From assembly GCF_009914755.1 (NCBI RefSeq), contig NC_060948.1: DNA of 64,000 nt. The stretch is one strand, 5' to 3'. The notes beneath the pieces are model-generated. The model had not been told where the DNA came from and did no database searches. It saw only the letters and a list, made by a program, of their open reading frames with translations. The position numbers and the translations under genes are program-made. This document shows positions 44,825 through 58,880 of this stretch, one piece after another. The stretch is from the human T2T-CHM13v2.0 reference genome, Homo sapiens. Numbering within the stretch: the stretch's first letter is position 1; each line of letters begins with the position of its first letter.

Positions 44825-46420
44825 TAATCAAATGCCTGAATTTGTTTCTTGTTCCCAATTATTAGTTGTGTTGTTTTATCTTTATGAATTTTTTTACTGC
44901 TGTTTGCTTTACTTTTTTTTATTTTAAAAATATTTGGAGCTGGGCATGGTGACTCACACCTGTAATCCCAGCACTTTGGGAGGCCAAGGCGGGCAGATCA
45001 CTTGAGGTCAGGAGTTGGAGATCAGCCTGTCCAATATGGTGAAACCCTGTCTCTACTAAAAATACAAAAATTAGCCAGGCATGACGTTGGGTGCCTGTAA
45101 TCCCAGCTACGCAGGACGCTGAGGCAGGAGAATCACTGGAACCTGGGAGGTGGAGGTTGCACTAAGCCAAGATCCCACCCCTGCACTCCAGCCTTGATGA
45201 CAGAGTGAGACTTTGTCTCAAAAAATATATATATATATTTGAACGTATATATTTATATATATATTTAAACATATATGAACATACATGAACGTATACATAA
45301 ACATATATATGTATATATAAAAATATGTATATATTTGAACTGGATGATTTCTTCACTGATTTAAATTTTCTTTCTTGTACCACTTTAGTTGCTGTCTTTG
45401 CTTTGTATAGGTAGCACTCACATTGGAATCATTTTCTGAAATAGTACGTAATTCAAGCTTTCATTTATACCCAGATCAAGTTATTTAGGAGAGCACTTCT
45501 AGTTTAAAATGTCTGAGGACACACTGGTTGGTTTTTTATTTGTTCTCTTTTTAGTTTAGCTATTAATGTCTGGATTTATTATTTCGTTGTCAAAGAATAT
45601 GACATTCAATTCCTGCTACATCTACATATTAAATGCCTCCTCGTCCCATTCATATAAAATCACTTTTTCTAAGTGGTCCATGGTTGATGAAAGAAAAAGA
45701 TTATTGCTTACATAATGTATGACATTTAAGAGAAGCCTTATGCTTTATTCATTAGATGCATTTATTTATGTATTTGCTTTATTTGAGAATTAAAGACAAA
45801 GGGAATTGTAAAAGGAAATTATTTTTAAAAAGACTCCTTGGCAGGGCGCCGTGGCTCATGCCTGTAATCCCAGCACTTTGGGAGGCCAACCTGGGTGGAC
45901 TGAGTGAGTCCAGGAGTTCAAGATCAGCCTAGGCAATGTGACGAAACCCTGTCTCTACCAAAAATACAAAAAATAAAAATAAAAATAGCCAAGCATGCGG
46001 GCACATACTTGTGGTCCCAGCTGCTTAGAAGGCTGAGGAGGGAAGATCACTTGGGCCAGTGAGGGAGAGGTTGCAGTGAGCCGAGATGGTATCACTGCAC
46101 TCAAGCCTGGGCGACGAGTGAGACCCTGTCTCAAAAAACAAAAAAAAAGAATTGAATTTTCAGTTTCCGTGGTTGGGAGAATGAACTGTAACCATACCCA
46201 GTATTGTTTTTTAAAGTATTGTGAAGCCGATCACACGCCTATATTTTCACATGATTCGAAGGTTCATTACAAATGTAAGATGCCCATCATGATTGCCAGC
46301 CATCCAGGCCGGTGAAGAACGGTGGTCAGTCATCAGAATAACTCCTAGGACCTCTTGGGGGAGAGGTGACCCTCCTTCTATAGGACCCATCTGGGCACAA
46401 GCCACATCTCTGAGCCTTAC

Positions 46421-46562
46421 CTGAGCAGGCTGGACACCTGAGGAGTGATCAACACCACCAGCTTCCTCGTCAGCCTGTGTCTCCTCAGTGACTGCCCCAG
46501 GACCAGGGCGCCCTGGCAGTAGATGTCATCTGTGGCCAGTGTGACAAAAGCCTGATCAGTCA
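46421..46562 (-). pseudogene. GYG2P1: GYG2-like coding exon (142 bp, open)
   Basis: ttttcacag|TG ACT GAT CAG...CTC AG|gtaagg; translates [48 protein letters not shown] (N-terminus of a GT8 glycogenin). Confidence 0.95.
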
Positions 46563-46655
46563 CTGTGAAAATCAACAGAAACACCAGAGTTACACTCCTG
46601 AGGGACAGCAGGGGTGACAAGGCCATAGTCACCTCCTCTCCTCTCCCAAGATTCA

Positions 46656-46823
<168 letters not shown>

Positions 46824-48279
46824 TTACAGCTACTTGGGAGGCTGAGGTAGGAGGATACTTGAGCCTGGGAGTTTGAGGCTGCAGTGAGCTGTGATTGTAC
46901 CACTCTACTCCAGCCTGGGTGACAGAGTGAGACCCTGTCTCAAAAAAGAAAAAAAAAAATCACGACTTGCAGTGAATATTCAGTATTCTAATTCACAAAC
47001 ATTCTTCCTTTCATTCTAAACAAAACAAAACACAGGAGGAGAATGAAGGAACCTTAAACATGAGACAAAGTCAACCCAATGGCTATGCCCGTTTCCTGAT
47101 GCTGCAATGCCATGGAAACTCATAGCTACTATCCCTTATTTTATGTTGTGTTTGACTCTTGAAAACTCACCCAAAGTGTTTAGATCTTAGGTGGAAACAA
47201 AAGGCAAAAAGTGGAAGTGATGACTTGATGACCTGAGTTACAGCAAAGATGTAATCCAACTCAAAGAACTGTGTTCTGGGCTAGATGCAGTGGCTCATGC
47301 CTGTAATCCCAGTGCTAGGGCTGAAGAAGGGGGACTAATTGAGCCCAGGAGTTTGAAACCAGCCTGGGAAGCACAGCAAGACCTCATCTCTACTGGAAAA
47401 AAAAAAATTAGCCAGGCAAGGTGGTGCACACCTATAGTCCTAGCTACTTGGGAGGCTGAGGGAGGAGGATTGCTTGAGCACAGGAGGTCAAGGCTGCAAA
47501 GAGCCATGATCACACCACTGAACTCCAGCCTGGTCAACAGAGTGAGTCCCTGTCTTCAGAAAAAGAAAAAAGAAAGAAAAGAAAAGAATCATGCTCCACA
47601 AAGAAGCAGCCAAACATGTTATTTAAATTCTGGACAGACCATTTCTTACAAAGACTTCAACTTCAACTCAGGGTTGTATGAGGTGGTACAGTCAACATAA
47701 GGAGAAGTGTATTGTTTCATTAGGTAGAATGTGCTCAGTTTCCTAATGCCTCAATAGGAGAGGAAGGAACTCTCACATTAGATATAATTAATGGCTTTTA
47801 AGTCTCTGTGCATAAGACTGATGTGAACTTTGGTAATGACTTTTAAACCACTCAATTCTTGGGCACCCAAGCCCCTGTTGCCAGGAGAAAGACAACAGTC
47901 AGGAGGGCAGCCAGCAACACCAACAAGTCCCACACAGTGTGCAGCCCAGTGTACTGTCTATGGAAATTAAAATGCTCAGCATGCAGGCAACCATGGCACC
48001 TTCCCCAGAAGCAGCACTCCAAGAGAAGCCAAACCACAATTCGCACTAAATATAACAAACACAAGTGTCCCAGACGTGTGGCCCAGGGCTGCCTCCTTGA
48101 CCTTTACATTGCAATGGGGTAAATTCCAAAATGCGCCTGTTACAGCTGCTCCTGTAGATTCCTCTCCCTACCCTTGCAGGAAGGAAGAACAAGAATTCCT
48201 GACATCTCCACTGGGAGTGAGTATCATAGACAGCAAACTTTACAACTTAATTCTGTAGAATAAAAGATATCTGTCATCA

Positions 48280-49082
48280 GTCCATATCTATCCATCTATC
48301 CATCATCCATCCATCCACCCATCCGTTCATCTATCATCTATCTATCCGTCTATCATCTATCATTGGATAATATCTGTATTATCCATCTACCTATTATCTA
48401 TCCATCCATTCATCCATCCATCTACCTATCATCTACCAATTCTCTGCACATCTATTACTTTCTATCTTACTATTATCTATCTCTATCCATCCATCCAGCT
48501 ATCCATCTATCTCTCATTTATCCATCCTTCCATTATCTATCATTTATCCATCCATCATCTATCTATCCATTTATTCATGCATCCATCCATCCATCATCTA
48601 CCAATTCTCTGTACATCTATTTATTATCTATCTTACTATAAATCTGTCTTTATCATCTATCAATCAATCATATATCTATCCATCCATCATCTATCTATCC
48701 ATCTACCTATCATCTATCCATCCTTCCATCTATCCACCTATCATCTACCAATTCTATTCACATCTATTATTTATTATCTATCTTACTATCATGTATCTGT
48801 ATATCTATCTAATCCATCTATCTCTATCATCTATTTATCATATATCATCTATGTAAATTTATCATCTATGTATCTATGATCTATCATCCATCTATCTCCA
48901 TCATCTCTCCACCTATAATTTTCTATTATCCATTTATCTATCTCCATCTGTCATCTACCTATCATATATGTGTCCTCTCTGTATCTACTTCTTTATATCT
49001 ATCAATCTTTCAAACATCTACCTACCTACAGTCTATAGATTATAAATTGTCTCTAGCACCATTATCTATAATCTATCTATAG
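48280..49082. repeat. Degenerate (TATC/TCCA)n tract
   Basis: Directly visible; the sub-motif CATCTACCAATT recurs three times. Confidence 0.9.
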
Positions 49083-49579
49083 TTTTCTTAATTACTAGCT
49101 TTAAAATGATAATAATGGTGATTATTACTCCTTTAGACATTTCCCAAGGCCTAAGCTCTGACCAAAAGTATTTCCCAAGAAAGGCATAGCTGTCATGGAC
49201 CCGTTCAGCCATCTGTAAGGCTCTTTTGTCTCTAAGCAGAGGAGAGAGATGGGAGAGGAAGCAGACATTCAGGACTGGCATCCGCAAAGCCCAAAGCTGG
49301 CCAAGGTACTGTGTGAGCTTCACCCACAGACCTCGAAAATCACACAATGCCCAAAACAGAGCCAGAGATCCAATCCCCTACCCCGTCCTCACCAAGGTTT
49401 CTCTGACCCGTATCTTGAAAGATTGTGGAAACAGAAAGAATTACCAAGTAGAACCCCCAGTGTTGAACCCTAAGTGTGAACATATTTCTAAGCAGCATAA
49501 TGGGTATCCCCACACCTAAACATACGACCTGCTAAGAGCTTCACCTTTCCATGCAAACTCTCAAAAAATTAACGGGAAA

Positions 49580-50150
49580 TTAACATAACGTAAAACAAAC
49601 CATTTTAAAGTGCACAAGTGACTCGCATTTAGTCCATGCGCAATGTTGTGCAACAACTAACTCCAGGCAATCCGAGGATATTCTCATCACTCCAAAAGGA
49701 GGCCCTGTACCCATTACGCAGTCACTCCCCATTCTGGCAACCATGAGTCTGCTTTCTGTCTCTACATTCCTATTTTGGATATTTCCTATAAATGGAATCA
49801 AACACTATGTAGTTTTTGAAAATGGAATAATTTTGTATTTCCTTTTTATTTATCACAGTAAACTTCAGATGACATAAAATTCACCATTGTAAAGAGCACA
49901 ATTCATCACAATGTTGTACACCCACCACCTCTATCTAATCCTGGGACATTTCATCACCCCAAAAAGAGACCCTGCACTCATTAAGGAGTATCTTCCCTTT
50001 CTCCCTTCCCTAGCTTGTGACAACCACCAATCACTTTTTATCTCTGTGGATCTGCCTGTTCTGCATATTTCATGTAAATGGAATCAAGCATCATATGGCC
50101 TTTTGTGTCCGGCTTCTTTCCATCAGCATGATGTTTTCAAGGTCCATGCA
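49580..50150 (-). mobile_element. Two old L1MB/L1ME-type 3' UTR fragments
   Basis: CCATTTTAAAGTGCACA...TTCATCACCCCAAAA...ATTTCATGTAAATGGAATCA motifs. Confidence 0.65.
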
Positions 50151-50699
50151 TTTTCATCAATTCAACCGTGTAATTAAAAGTGTAAACCAGGAATCTTCCA
50201 AGCAAAGATGGTGGATGCGGAGCTCCTAGTTTCTCTTTCCTTCCTTCTGAGATAAAAGGAGAACAAACTAAAAAGTGTGCTAAGGAAGGCAAGTGTGAAC
50301 CCCAAGCCAACAAGGAGGCAGGAGAAAACTGTCAGCCAATAAGAGAAACTGGAGAAGTCACTGAAATTCTGCAGAATTCTCGAAGGCCAAATATACCCAT
50401 CACGAGAGGCAAAATCAGATAATAGGACCTACTCTACAGGAAACCAAAAGCCCAAGAAAAAATAATTACCACCACACAGAAGTGGAATTCCTAACCTATA
50501 ACATAACCTTGACAAATTCAGACAAGTCGGCAACCCTTGCAAGTAGGCACAGCTCAACTGACATTCCTCATTTTTATACATGTAGATATAAACCATTACA
50601 GGCATTTGAAAAACACCTTCAACACAAAAGAGAAAACTAAAAAGTTATGGGGTGGAATGGGAAGAACCCCATAAATACCAGAGAATTCATGGAATAGAA

Positions 50700-51560
50700 A
50701 TTCAAGGAACAGACAGACAGACATAAAAATTCTGACTGCATTAATTAGTATTCTTTCAAAAGATTACAGGGAGAGGGATACATCTATAAACCAAGAATCA
50801 AATGCTATAGAAAAGATCACTCCAAGGATAAGAAATAGTTATTAGAAGTTAAAAATATGATTTGCTGAAATGAAAATGGAATAACAGAAGGTTTGGAAAA
50901 TGTCAATGAGGAAATCTCGCAGAAAGTACAATTAAGGGACAAATGGAAAATTTCAGAAAGCTAGAAGCCTACAGGAGTGATTCAGAAGGTTCACCAACAT
51001 AAGTTTCAGAGTAAGAGAACAGAAAAAAAAATAGAAGAAAAGTTTTCAAAGAAATTAAACAGGAAATGTTCTCAACAGCAGCAGAAAGTCAGTCTTCAGA
51101 TTTTAAAAGCCCAGAGAGTATGCAGCAAAAGAAAAAGAAAAAAGAAAGAAAGAAAGAGAGAGGAAGGAAGGAAGGAAGGGAGGGAGGGAGGGAGGGGAGG
51201 GGAGGAGAGAGGAGGGGAGGGGAGATGGGGACAGAGAGACAGGGAAAGAAAGAAAGAAACTCAACAGTCCTTATCCTGACAATATGTTTCTGGAGTTTAA
51301 AAACACCAAGGATAAGGAGAACATCGTGATAATGCCAAGAAAATGAAAGTAAAATAAAAATACAGGTCAATCCTATTAAGGATGAGACTGAGACTTCTTA
51401 TCATGAATAGTGGACACTAAAACAAAGCACCATATCTAAACTCTTTGAGTGCAATGGTCCTCAACCTAAAATTGTATACCCAGACCAAGTAGCTAAATTT
51501 CTAGGCCCAGGCCAATTAGCACATCTGCTGCACATTTATACGCCACATACCATTTCTCAG
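50700..51560 (+). mobile_element. Highly decayed L1/HAL1 ORF1-like remnant with a purine-rich simple repeat (~51125-51260)
   Basis: A-rich ORF1-like segments GAAGTTAAAAATATGA...GAGGAAATCTC and CAACCTAAAATTGTATACCCAG. Confidence 0.45.
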
Positions 51561-52701
51561 GCAGGTATTTGAGTATGTGTTTCACAGTAAGAATAGACTT
51601 GTATTCTTTTAATTTAAAAATACATTTTTTTGCACATGCCTGAAGTCCTAGCTAACTTGAAAAGCTGAGACAGCAGGATTGTTTGAGCCCAGAAATTGGA
51701 GGCTGCAGTGAGATATAATTGTGCCACTGCACTCCAGCTTGGGTGACAGAGCAGAGCCCTGTCTTTAAAGAGAAAGCGTGTGTGTGTGTGTGTGTGTGTG
51801 TCTGTGTAATTGCAAAGTAGATGGCAAAGTAAAAAATAAGATAAATCAAATAATATATGTTATGAGAAGAATCATCAGCAAAGTAATGTCAAACTGAAAA
51901 CAAAGTGCCATTTACCATTTTTAGCCTTCCATTGGCAATATTAAGATTTCTTTGTGATCTCCAATGTATAGATTATTGAAATCTGAGGAACCATGTTTAA
52001 GGACCCTGTGAATTAAAGAATAGAAAGGAAAAGGAGTGCATCCTTTAGGAACTACAATGACAAAGGTAATAGAACTCCCGAGGAGGGGCGTTGTTTTGAG
52101 ATTTCCTCCTGAGCTGACTGTTCTGTCCACCTTCGAGATGCTCAGAGGGATTGGCTCCCCTCTGAACTTCACCACTGAATCTGAGAATGAGGGCTAAATC
52201 ACACTCCAAAGGCCATGCTTTGGGATTTTCCTCCAGAAACAGATGACTGAGGTTAGACCTTGCTATTTAGATGCTTGGTCCTGCAAGAGCAAGCTTTGCA
52301 GAATATTTAGCGTGCCAACTCCTATACCCTAGTAAGGAAGAGTCTACTGTTTCCAACCCCACTTACTGACCTGCGCTCTTAAGTAGCAGAGAAGAAGAAC
52401 AGAGAATGTATAAAATGAAATTTGGCACCATCTGACCTGGGACATGGGCTCCACCGGGTAGATTCAGATCCCTGTTACCCACCTCCTAGGTCTCCCTGAG
52501 AGCCCTAGAAGCCTCGTCTGTGCAGAGCATTTATGACATGAATTCTGAGGTAAGGAGAAGTCCACTTGCCTCCAATCCCACATTCTACTCTTGCATAACT
52601 AACTGAGATCTTAACCGAGAGGCACAACAGAAAATGTTGGGGTTGTTCATTATGTTGTTGTGGTGGTGGTTTTTGAGAGAAGGTCTCCCTCTGTTGCCTA
52701 G

Positions 52702-52836
<135 letters not shown>

Positions 52837-54170
52837 TAGAGACAGATTATGTTGCCCAGGCTGGTCTTGAACTCCTGGGCTCAGGCAATCTGCCTGCCTC
52901 ATGCTCCCAAAATGCTGGGACTACAGGTGTGCCTCTGTGCCTGGCCTTTTTATTCTTTTTTGACAGGGTCTTTCTCTGTCTATCACCCAGATTTGAGTGC
53001 AGCAGCAGCATCACAGCTCACTGAAGCCTGGAACTCCTGGGCTCAAGCAATCCTCCTGCCTCGGTCTCCTGAGTAGCTGGGACTACAGATGCTCACCACC
53101 ACACCTGGTTAATTTATTTTTAATTTTTCTGTAGAGATGGGGTCTCTTGCTCTGTCACCCAGACTGGTCTCAAACTCCTAGCCTCAAGCAGTCCTCCCGT
53201 CCTGGCCTCCCAAAGTGCTAGGATTACAGGTGTGAGCCAGCCACCGCACCAGACTAGAAAACATTTAAAATGGGTCTCTGATCAATCACCCTGAGCCACA
53301 CTTCTCTCCTTTGCATTCTCTGCTCCACCCTGTAGATTCTGGTTCCTGTTATCTGTTTCCTCAGTCCTTAAAAACCACATTTTCTCCCCCAACACAGAGT
53401 GAAAGCCATCAGCTGCCCTGAAAGCCAACCCAACACCAAGGGTTTTCTCATTGTCTGCAAATGTAAGCTGGGTTCAGGATGCTGGTCATCTCATCCCCCA
53501 CACTAAGTCCCCACGTCCAGCTCCACCCCTCTGGGTCCTCAAGCACATCCTATGATGTGTGCTACTACCATGGGGCTACTACCACTCCCTTAACTCACCT
53601 GGAACTCACTCTCCTCCCAGCACATGGTGGCCATGGAAAAAACCACCCATCCCTCAGAGATCTTCCTGCAAACCCTGCTCCCCAAGACGACCCTTCTCAT
53701 CACAGTCCCTCACCTCCTATGACACAGGACCCTTCATCTCTTGTGCCATCTTACCTGCTATGCTCATTTTGCTTACTGGTGGGCTCATTGCTGACTCCTT
53801 TCCCTAGCAAACCCATGAATGAGCTTCCTGGGGCTGCTGTGAGAAAGTACCACACGCTGGGAGACTTAAACAACACACATTTACTCTCTTGCAGTTCTGA
53901 AGGCCAGGATTCCAAAACCAAACTCTAGAGAAGGGTCCTTCCTGCCTCTTCCAGCTCCTGGTGGCTCCAGATGTCCCTGGGCTTGTGGCCACATTACTCC
54001 AATCTCTGCCTCCAACTCCACATGGCCTCCTCTGTGTCTGTGTCTCTTCTTCTATCTCTTGGGACAACACCTGCCATTGGATTTAGGGCCCACCCAAATA
54101 TTCCAGGATAATCTTATCTTGAGATGCTTAACTAATTACATCTGCAAAGACCCTATTTCCCAATAAGGTC

Positions 54171-54771
54171 TGTAAATCTAAACTAAAATTCTAGGCCTCG
54201 CAACTACCTAATTGGCCAAGGGCATTCCAAAGTTAACCTGAAAAACGAGTTCAGGCCATAATGAGGAGAGGGTCAGACATGCCTCATCATACCCTCCTCC
54301 ATTTTGGAATTCAGGAAAAGCTGACCACCATAAACATCCACACAGACCTCAAGTCTGATGAGAAACCTTTACAATCTATTCTCTCTGAAGCCTGCTACCT
54401 GGAAGCTTCATCTGCGTGATAAAACCTTGGTCTCTACAAACTCTTATCATAACCCAGACATTCTCTTCTATTGAAAATAACTCTTTCGACTAATCAGAAC
54501 ATTTAAAAATCTACCTATGACCTGGCACCACCCCCCGCAACCCCCTTGCTTCAAGTAGTCTCACCCTTTCAGATCAAAGCATTGTGTATCTTACATGTAT
54601 TCATTGATGTCTCATGTCTCCCTGAAATGTGTAAAAGCAAGCTGTACCCCAACCACCTTTGGCCCATGTTGTCAGGACCTCCTGAGGCTGTGTCACAGGC
54701 ATGTCCTTAACCTTGGCAAAATAAACTTTCTAAATTGATTGAGACCTGTCTCAGATACTTTTGGGTTCACA
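54171..54771 (+). mobile_element. Solo MER4-family LTR with TSD GGTC, inserted in an MLT1 LTR (~53820-54830)
   Basis: TGTAAATCTAAACTAAAATTCTAGG...AATAAACTTTCTAAATTGATTGAGACC...GGTTCACA. GGTC flanks it at 54167-54170 and 54772-54775. Confidence 0.85.
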
Positions 54772-55777
54772 GGTCCCATTCACAGCTTCTGGGGAGATGT
54801 GAGTTTTATGGGGGGCACTGCTTACCCCAGTCAACAGTGCTGTCCCATAAGCTGCCCACACAATGGCACCTGCTTAGAGAAAGAGTGAAGGTTTGAAGCT
54901 GGAAGCAGAAGACAAAGAAGGTGAAGGGGCAGAAGATGTCTGTGTGGGCCTAATGACATGCTGTCAGTGCATTACACGTTCACTGTGGGTTCACGTCCCA
55001 GGCAATTCCCAGGCACGAGAATCTGCTACGTGCTGGGCCCAGCAGCTAACAAGGTACAAGCTCTGTCCTCAGACACCCACAACTCCATGAGAAACATCAG
55101 CCCTAAGAAATGGGTGTTTCAATACTGCAAGGCAAGTCCTATGGCAGGCAGCAGTTTTTGAAAGGGCACCATCCAAGCTCAGGGATAAATGGCCAGGAAG
55201 AACTTATCCATCAAGAAATCAGTGGATCAATAAACAAGAATGAATATGGCTCCCATCCATCCAGGAGTGTCTAGATGGGGCATACCTATGCACTATCATT
55301 AATTCCCTTTCCAACACAGACATGTGCTTCAAAAACAAGTAAACTGGGGCTTCAATGAGTAACTAAATGTCTGAGGTCACCTCTGACTCCAACACCAACA
55401 AAAGCCCTCAAAATAGCTACTCTCTCCTGCCTCCAATAAGAAACTAAACTAAAAATAATAAGGCAAAGAAGGAAGAGGCAGAAAAAGTCCATGAACCAAG
55501 ATCAGAGGTGGAGATGATAGGTTGCATGCTGCATCCTGCATTCCTCACAGTGTAGCAACAGCAGCTGGAGAATAAGGACCCACAGGAAGAGATGGGGTCA
55601 GAGGGCCAGGATTACGAAGGTGATATGCAGCCTTTTCTATTATCCTGAGGCTTATGAGGAGCTATTTCAGGGTTCTAAGACCTGTAAGAAGGTCTCATCT
55701 CCATTGCCAGGGAGGGCCCTCTGGCTGTCTAAAGAAAAGGAGGATGCAAGTGAATTGGCCCAAAGCAAGGTGCAGAG

Positions 55778-56183
55778 GACAACACAGAGAAATGGCAAAG
55801 TGATCAGTGATTGATCGCCACCTGTGCTAGTTTTATAGTTCTTCATGAGGGCATCACTGACGACTAAGAGAAATGGCAAAGTGATCAGTGACTGATAACC
55901 ACAGACACTGGTTTTTTACCCCTTCATGAGGATCTCAGTGACAACTGAAAGAAATGACAGAGTGATCAATGATTGATAACCATGTGCATGGCCTTTTTAT
56001 CTCTTCATCAGGACGTGAGTGACAACTATGCGAACTGGCAAAGTGATCAATGATTGATAGCGAGGTGCGCTGGTTTTTTTAATCTCTTCATGAGGATCTC
56101 AGTGACAACTAAGAGAAATGGCAGAGTGATCATTGATTGATAACCACATGCTCTGGCTTTATAGCTCTTCATGGGGACCTCAG
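55778..56183. repeat. Five-copy ~81-bp diverged tandem repeat
   Basis: The GAGAAATGGCAAAGTGATCA-like anchor occurs at 55787, 55868, 55949, 56030 and 56113. Confidence 0.92.
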
Positions 56184-56249
56184 GGAAAACATGAGGATTA
56201 ATGGGTGTTATAGACGGATGATAACCCATCCTGAAACGCCTAGGATGAA

Positions 56250-57182
56250 ACCCTACCCCACAGAACCTCTGAATGTGTCTGCATTTGAAGATGGGGTCTT
56301 TAAAGAGGTGATTATGGTAAAATGAGGTCACTAGGGTGGGCCCTAATACAGTAGCACTGCTGGCCTCACTACAAGAGGAGATGAGGACACAGACACACAC
56401 AGAGGGATGACCTTGTGGAGATACAGAGAAAGACCACAAGACCACATCTACAAGCCAAGGAGAGAGGCGTCAGGAGGAAACAGCCCTGCCCACACCCTGA
56501 TCTCAGACTTCCAGCCTCCAGGGCTGTGTGAGAGTAAATGTCTGTTGTTCAAGCTTCCCAGTCTGTGGGACTTTGTTATGGCAGCCCCAGCAGAAAAAAA
56601 CAGTAGTATTCAAATACATGAGTTATCCTATTATGGGCTGAATTGCACACCTCCAAAATTCATATATGAATGTCATAACCTCCAGGACCTCAAAATGTGA
56701 GTGTATTTGGAGATGGGGTCTTTAAAGAAGATATCAAGGTAAAATTAGGTCACTAGGATGGTCTGATCCAATAGGATTGGTGTCCTTATAAGAAGAGGAG
56801 ATTACGCTGAGCATGATGGCTAACACCTGTAATCCCAACACTTTGGAAGGCCGAGGCAGGTGGACCACTTGACGTCAGGAGTTTGAGACCAGCCTAACCA
56901 ACATGGAGAAACCCTGTCTCTACTAAAAATACAAAAATTAGCTGGGCATGGTGGTGCATGCCTGTAATCCCAGCTGCTCAGGAGGCTGAGGAGGAGAATT
57001 GCTTGAACCCAGGAGGCAGATTGCACCATTGCCTGGGTGACAAGAGCAAAACTCCATCTCAAAAAAAAAAAAAAAGAGGAGCTTAGGACACAGACACACA
57101 CAGAGGGATGACCCTGTGAGGACCAAGCCCAGGAGAGAGGCCTCAGGAGGAACCAGCCCTGCCCACACTTACCTTGATCTCA
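56250..57182 (+). mobile_element. Two tandem MLT1-type LTRs, the second split by an Alu (~56805-57075)
   Basis: TTTGAAGATGGGGTCTTTAAAGAGG...AGGTCACTAGG...GGACACAGACACACAC appears twice. Confidence 0.75.
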
Positions 57183-58674
57183 AACCCAAAAGAGAATGCA
57201 GACAGGGCTGCATTTAGAGTGAGAGTTTTATGGAACTACTGGACACCCTGTTTCTCTCTTTGGTTTAGAGTTGGGGGAATACTGACCACAGTCACACAAT
57301 GACAAGACAACACCAGTTGGCACAAGAGCTCTCCAGCAACAAGGTATCCGAGACTCAGACTTCTGCTTTGGAACAAAAATGTGCACCTCCTGAAGGTTAG
57401 CCACTTCCCATCCAGGACACTGTAAAACCCATCTAAAGTGCAAAGACAGACCAGCGGATTGAAATAGAACAGATCATGAAACATTGATTGATAGGTGCTT
57501 AGCTTCCACATCACCTTGCCCTGAAGAAACAACTGGTGATCAAGTCGTGGTGCGGCGCCACAGAACATCCACAATTATCCAATGCTGCTGCATTCAAAGA
57601 GGGAGTTTCCACTTCATGTGCCAGTGCGGCAGACTTTCAGCAAAGGCACGGAGTGGAAAAACAGCAAAAGAACTTGTCACTACACTACAGCCCACAAAAA
57701 GGAGACACTGTCACAAAATCAAGTCCAGCCTGGAGATTGCAGTGGCTTAGAATTTTATGACTCTGTGACAACAGTTTCTTTCTACCCCTTGCCTGCCCCC
57801 CTGCACTCAAGGAATCTTCTGATCACCCCTCAGAATATCCTTAGCATCTTCCTTCTCAGCCCTTCTCTACTCAAAGGCAGTTTCTGTTTTCTGCAAAGAG
57901 TTGAGTCTTCTCTTCTGGCATGAGGCTGACCAAGATGTATGCAAATGTCTGTCTTGAATGCTGTTATTATACAGACACAAGCAGGCTTGGGGAAACCTGT
58001 AGCTTTCACTTTAGAGAGCTCCAAACGCGTCCCTAGAACAGAGAATCTTTTCTGCTATTCCTGGGAATAGAGTCTTCCAGTACACCTCATGAAAACAGCC
58101 CTTAAGATCCCTGCCCCGAAAATTTTCCTCTCTAAGTCCAGAGTGAGAGAAAACAAGAGAGAAGCAGCTCTGTGATTTACCAAATCTCTCCTCTGAATTA
58201 AGAAGTCATCTGTTCTGTTTGTGTGTTTTAAATTGCATTCATGGCCAGGCGTGCTAGCTTGCCCCTATAATCCCAGAACTTTGAGACGCCAAAGGAGGAA
58301 GACTGCTTGAGCCTAGAAGTTCAAGACCAGCCTGGGCAACATAGCAAGACTCTGTCTCTACAAAATTTAAAAAATATACAATTAAGGGCCAGGCACAGTG
58401 GCTCACGCCTGTAATCCCAGCACTTTGGGAGGCCGATGCAGGCAGATCACAAGGTCAGGAGTTCGAGACCAGCCCAGCCAATATGGTAAAACCCTGTCTC
58501 TACTGAAAATACAAAAATTAGCTACTACAGGCACGCGCATCTGTAGTCCCAGCTACTCGGGAAGCTGAGGCAGAAGACTCACTTGAACCCGGAAGGCAGA
58601 GGCTGCGGTGAGCTGAGAATGCAACACTGAACTGGAGCCTGGGCAACAAAGTGAGACTCTCTAGGGAAAAAAAA

Positions 58675-58880
58675 TATATATATATATACACATACATATA
58701 TATACACACACACACACACACGTGTGTATATATATATGTGTGTGTACATATATGTATGTATTATATATTTATATATGTGTATATATGTATATGTATATTT
58801 ATATGTGTGTATATATGTGTTTATATATATTTATATGTGTGTATATATGTGTGTGTATGTGTATATATGTATATATGCAC
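58675..58880. repeat. (TA)/(CA)/(TG) mixed dinucleotide tract extending an Alu tail
   Basis: Directly visible. Confidence 0.9.

Noticed and set aside
47852-48064. 70-aa hydrophobic ORF in the GYG2P1 intron
   Set aside because: It has no recognisable homology, start context or splice support, and its length is within chance expectation.
55778-56183. CRISPR-like repeat-spacer array
   Set aside because: The 'spacers' are homologous to each other, the repeats are imperfect, there are no cas genes, and the context is primate.
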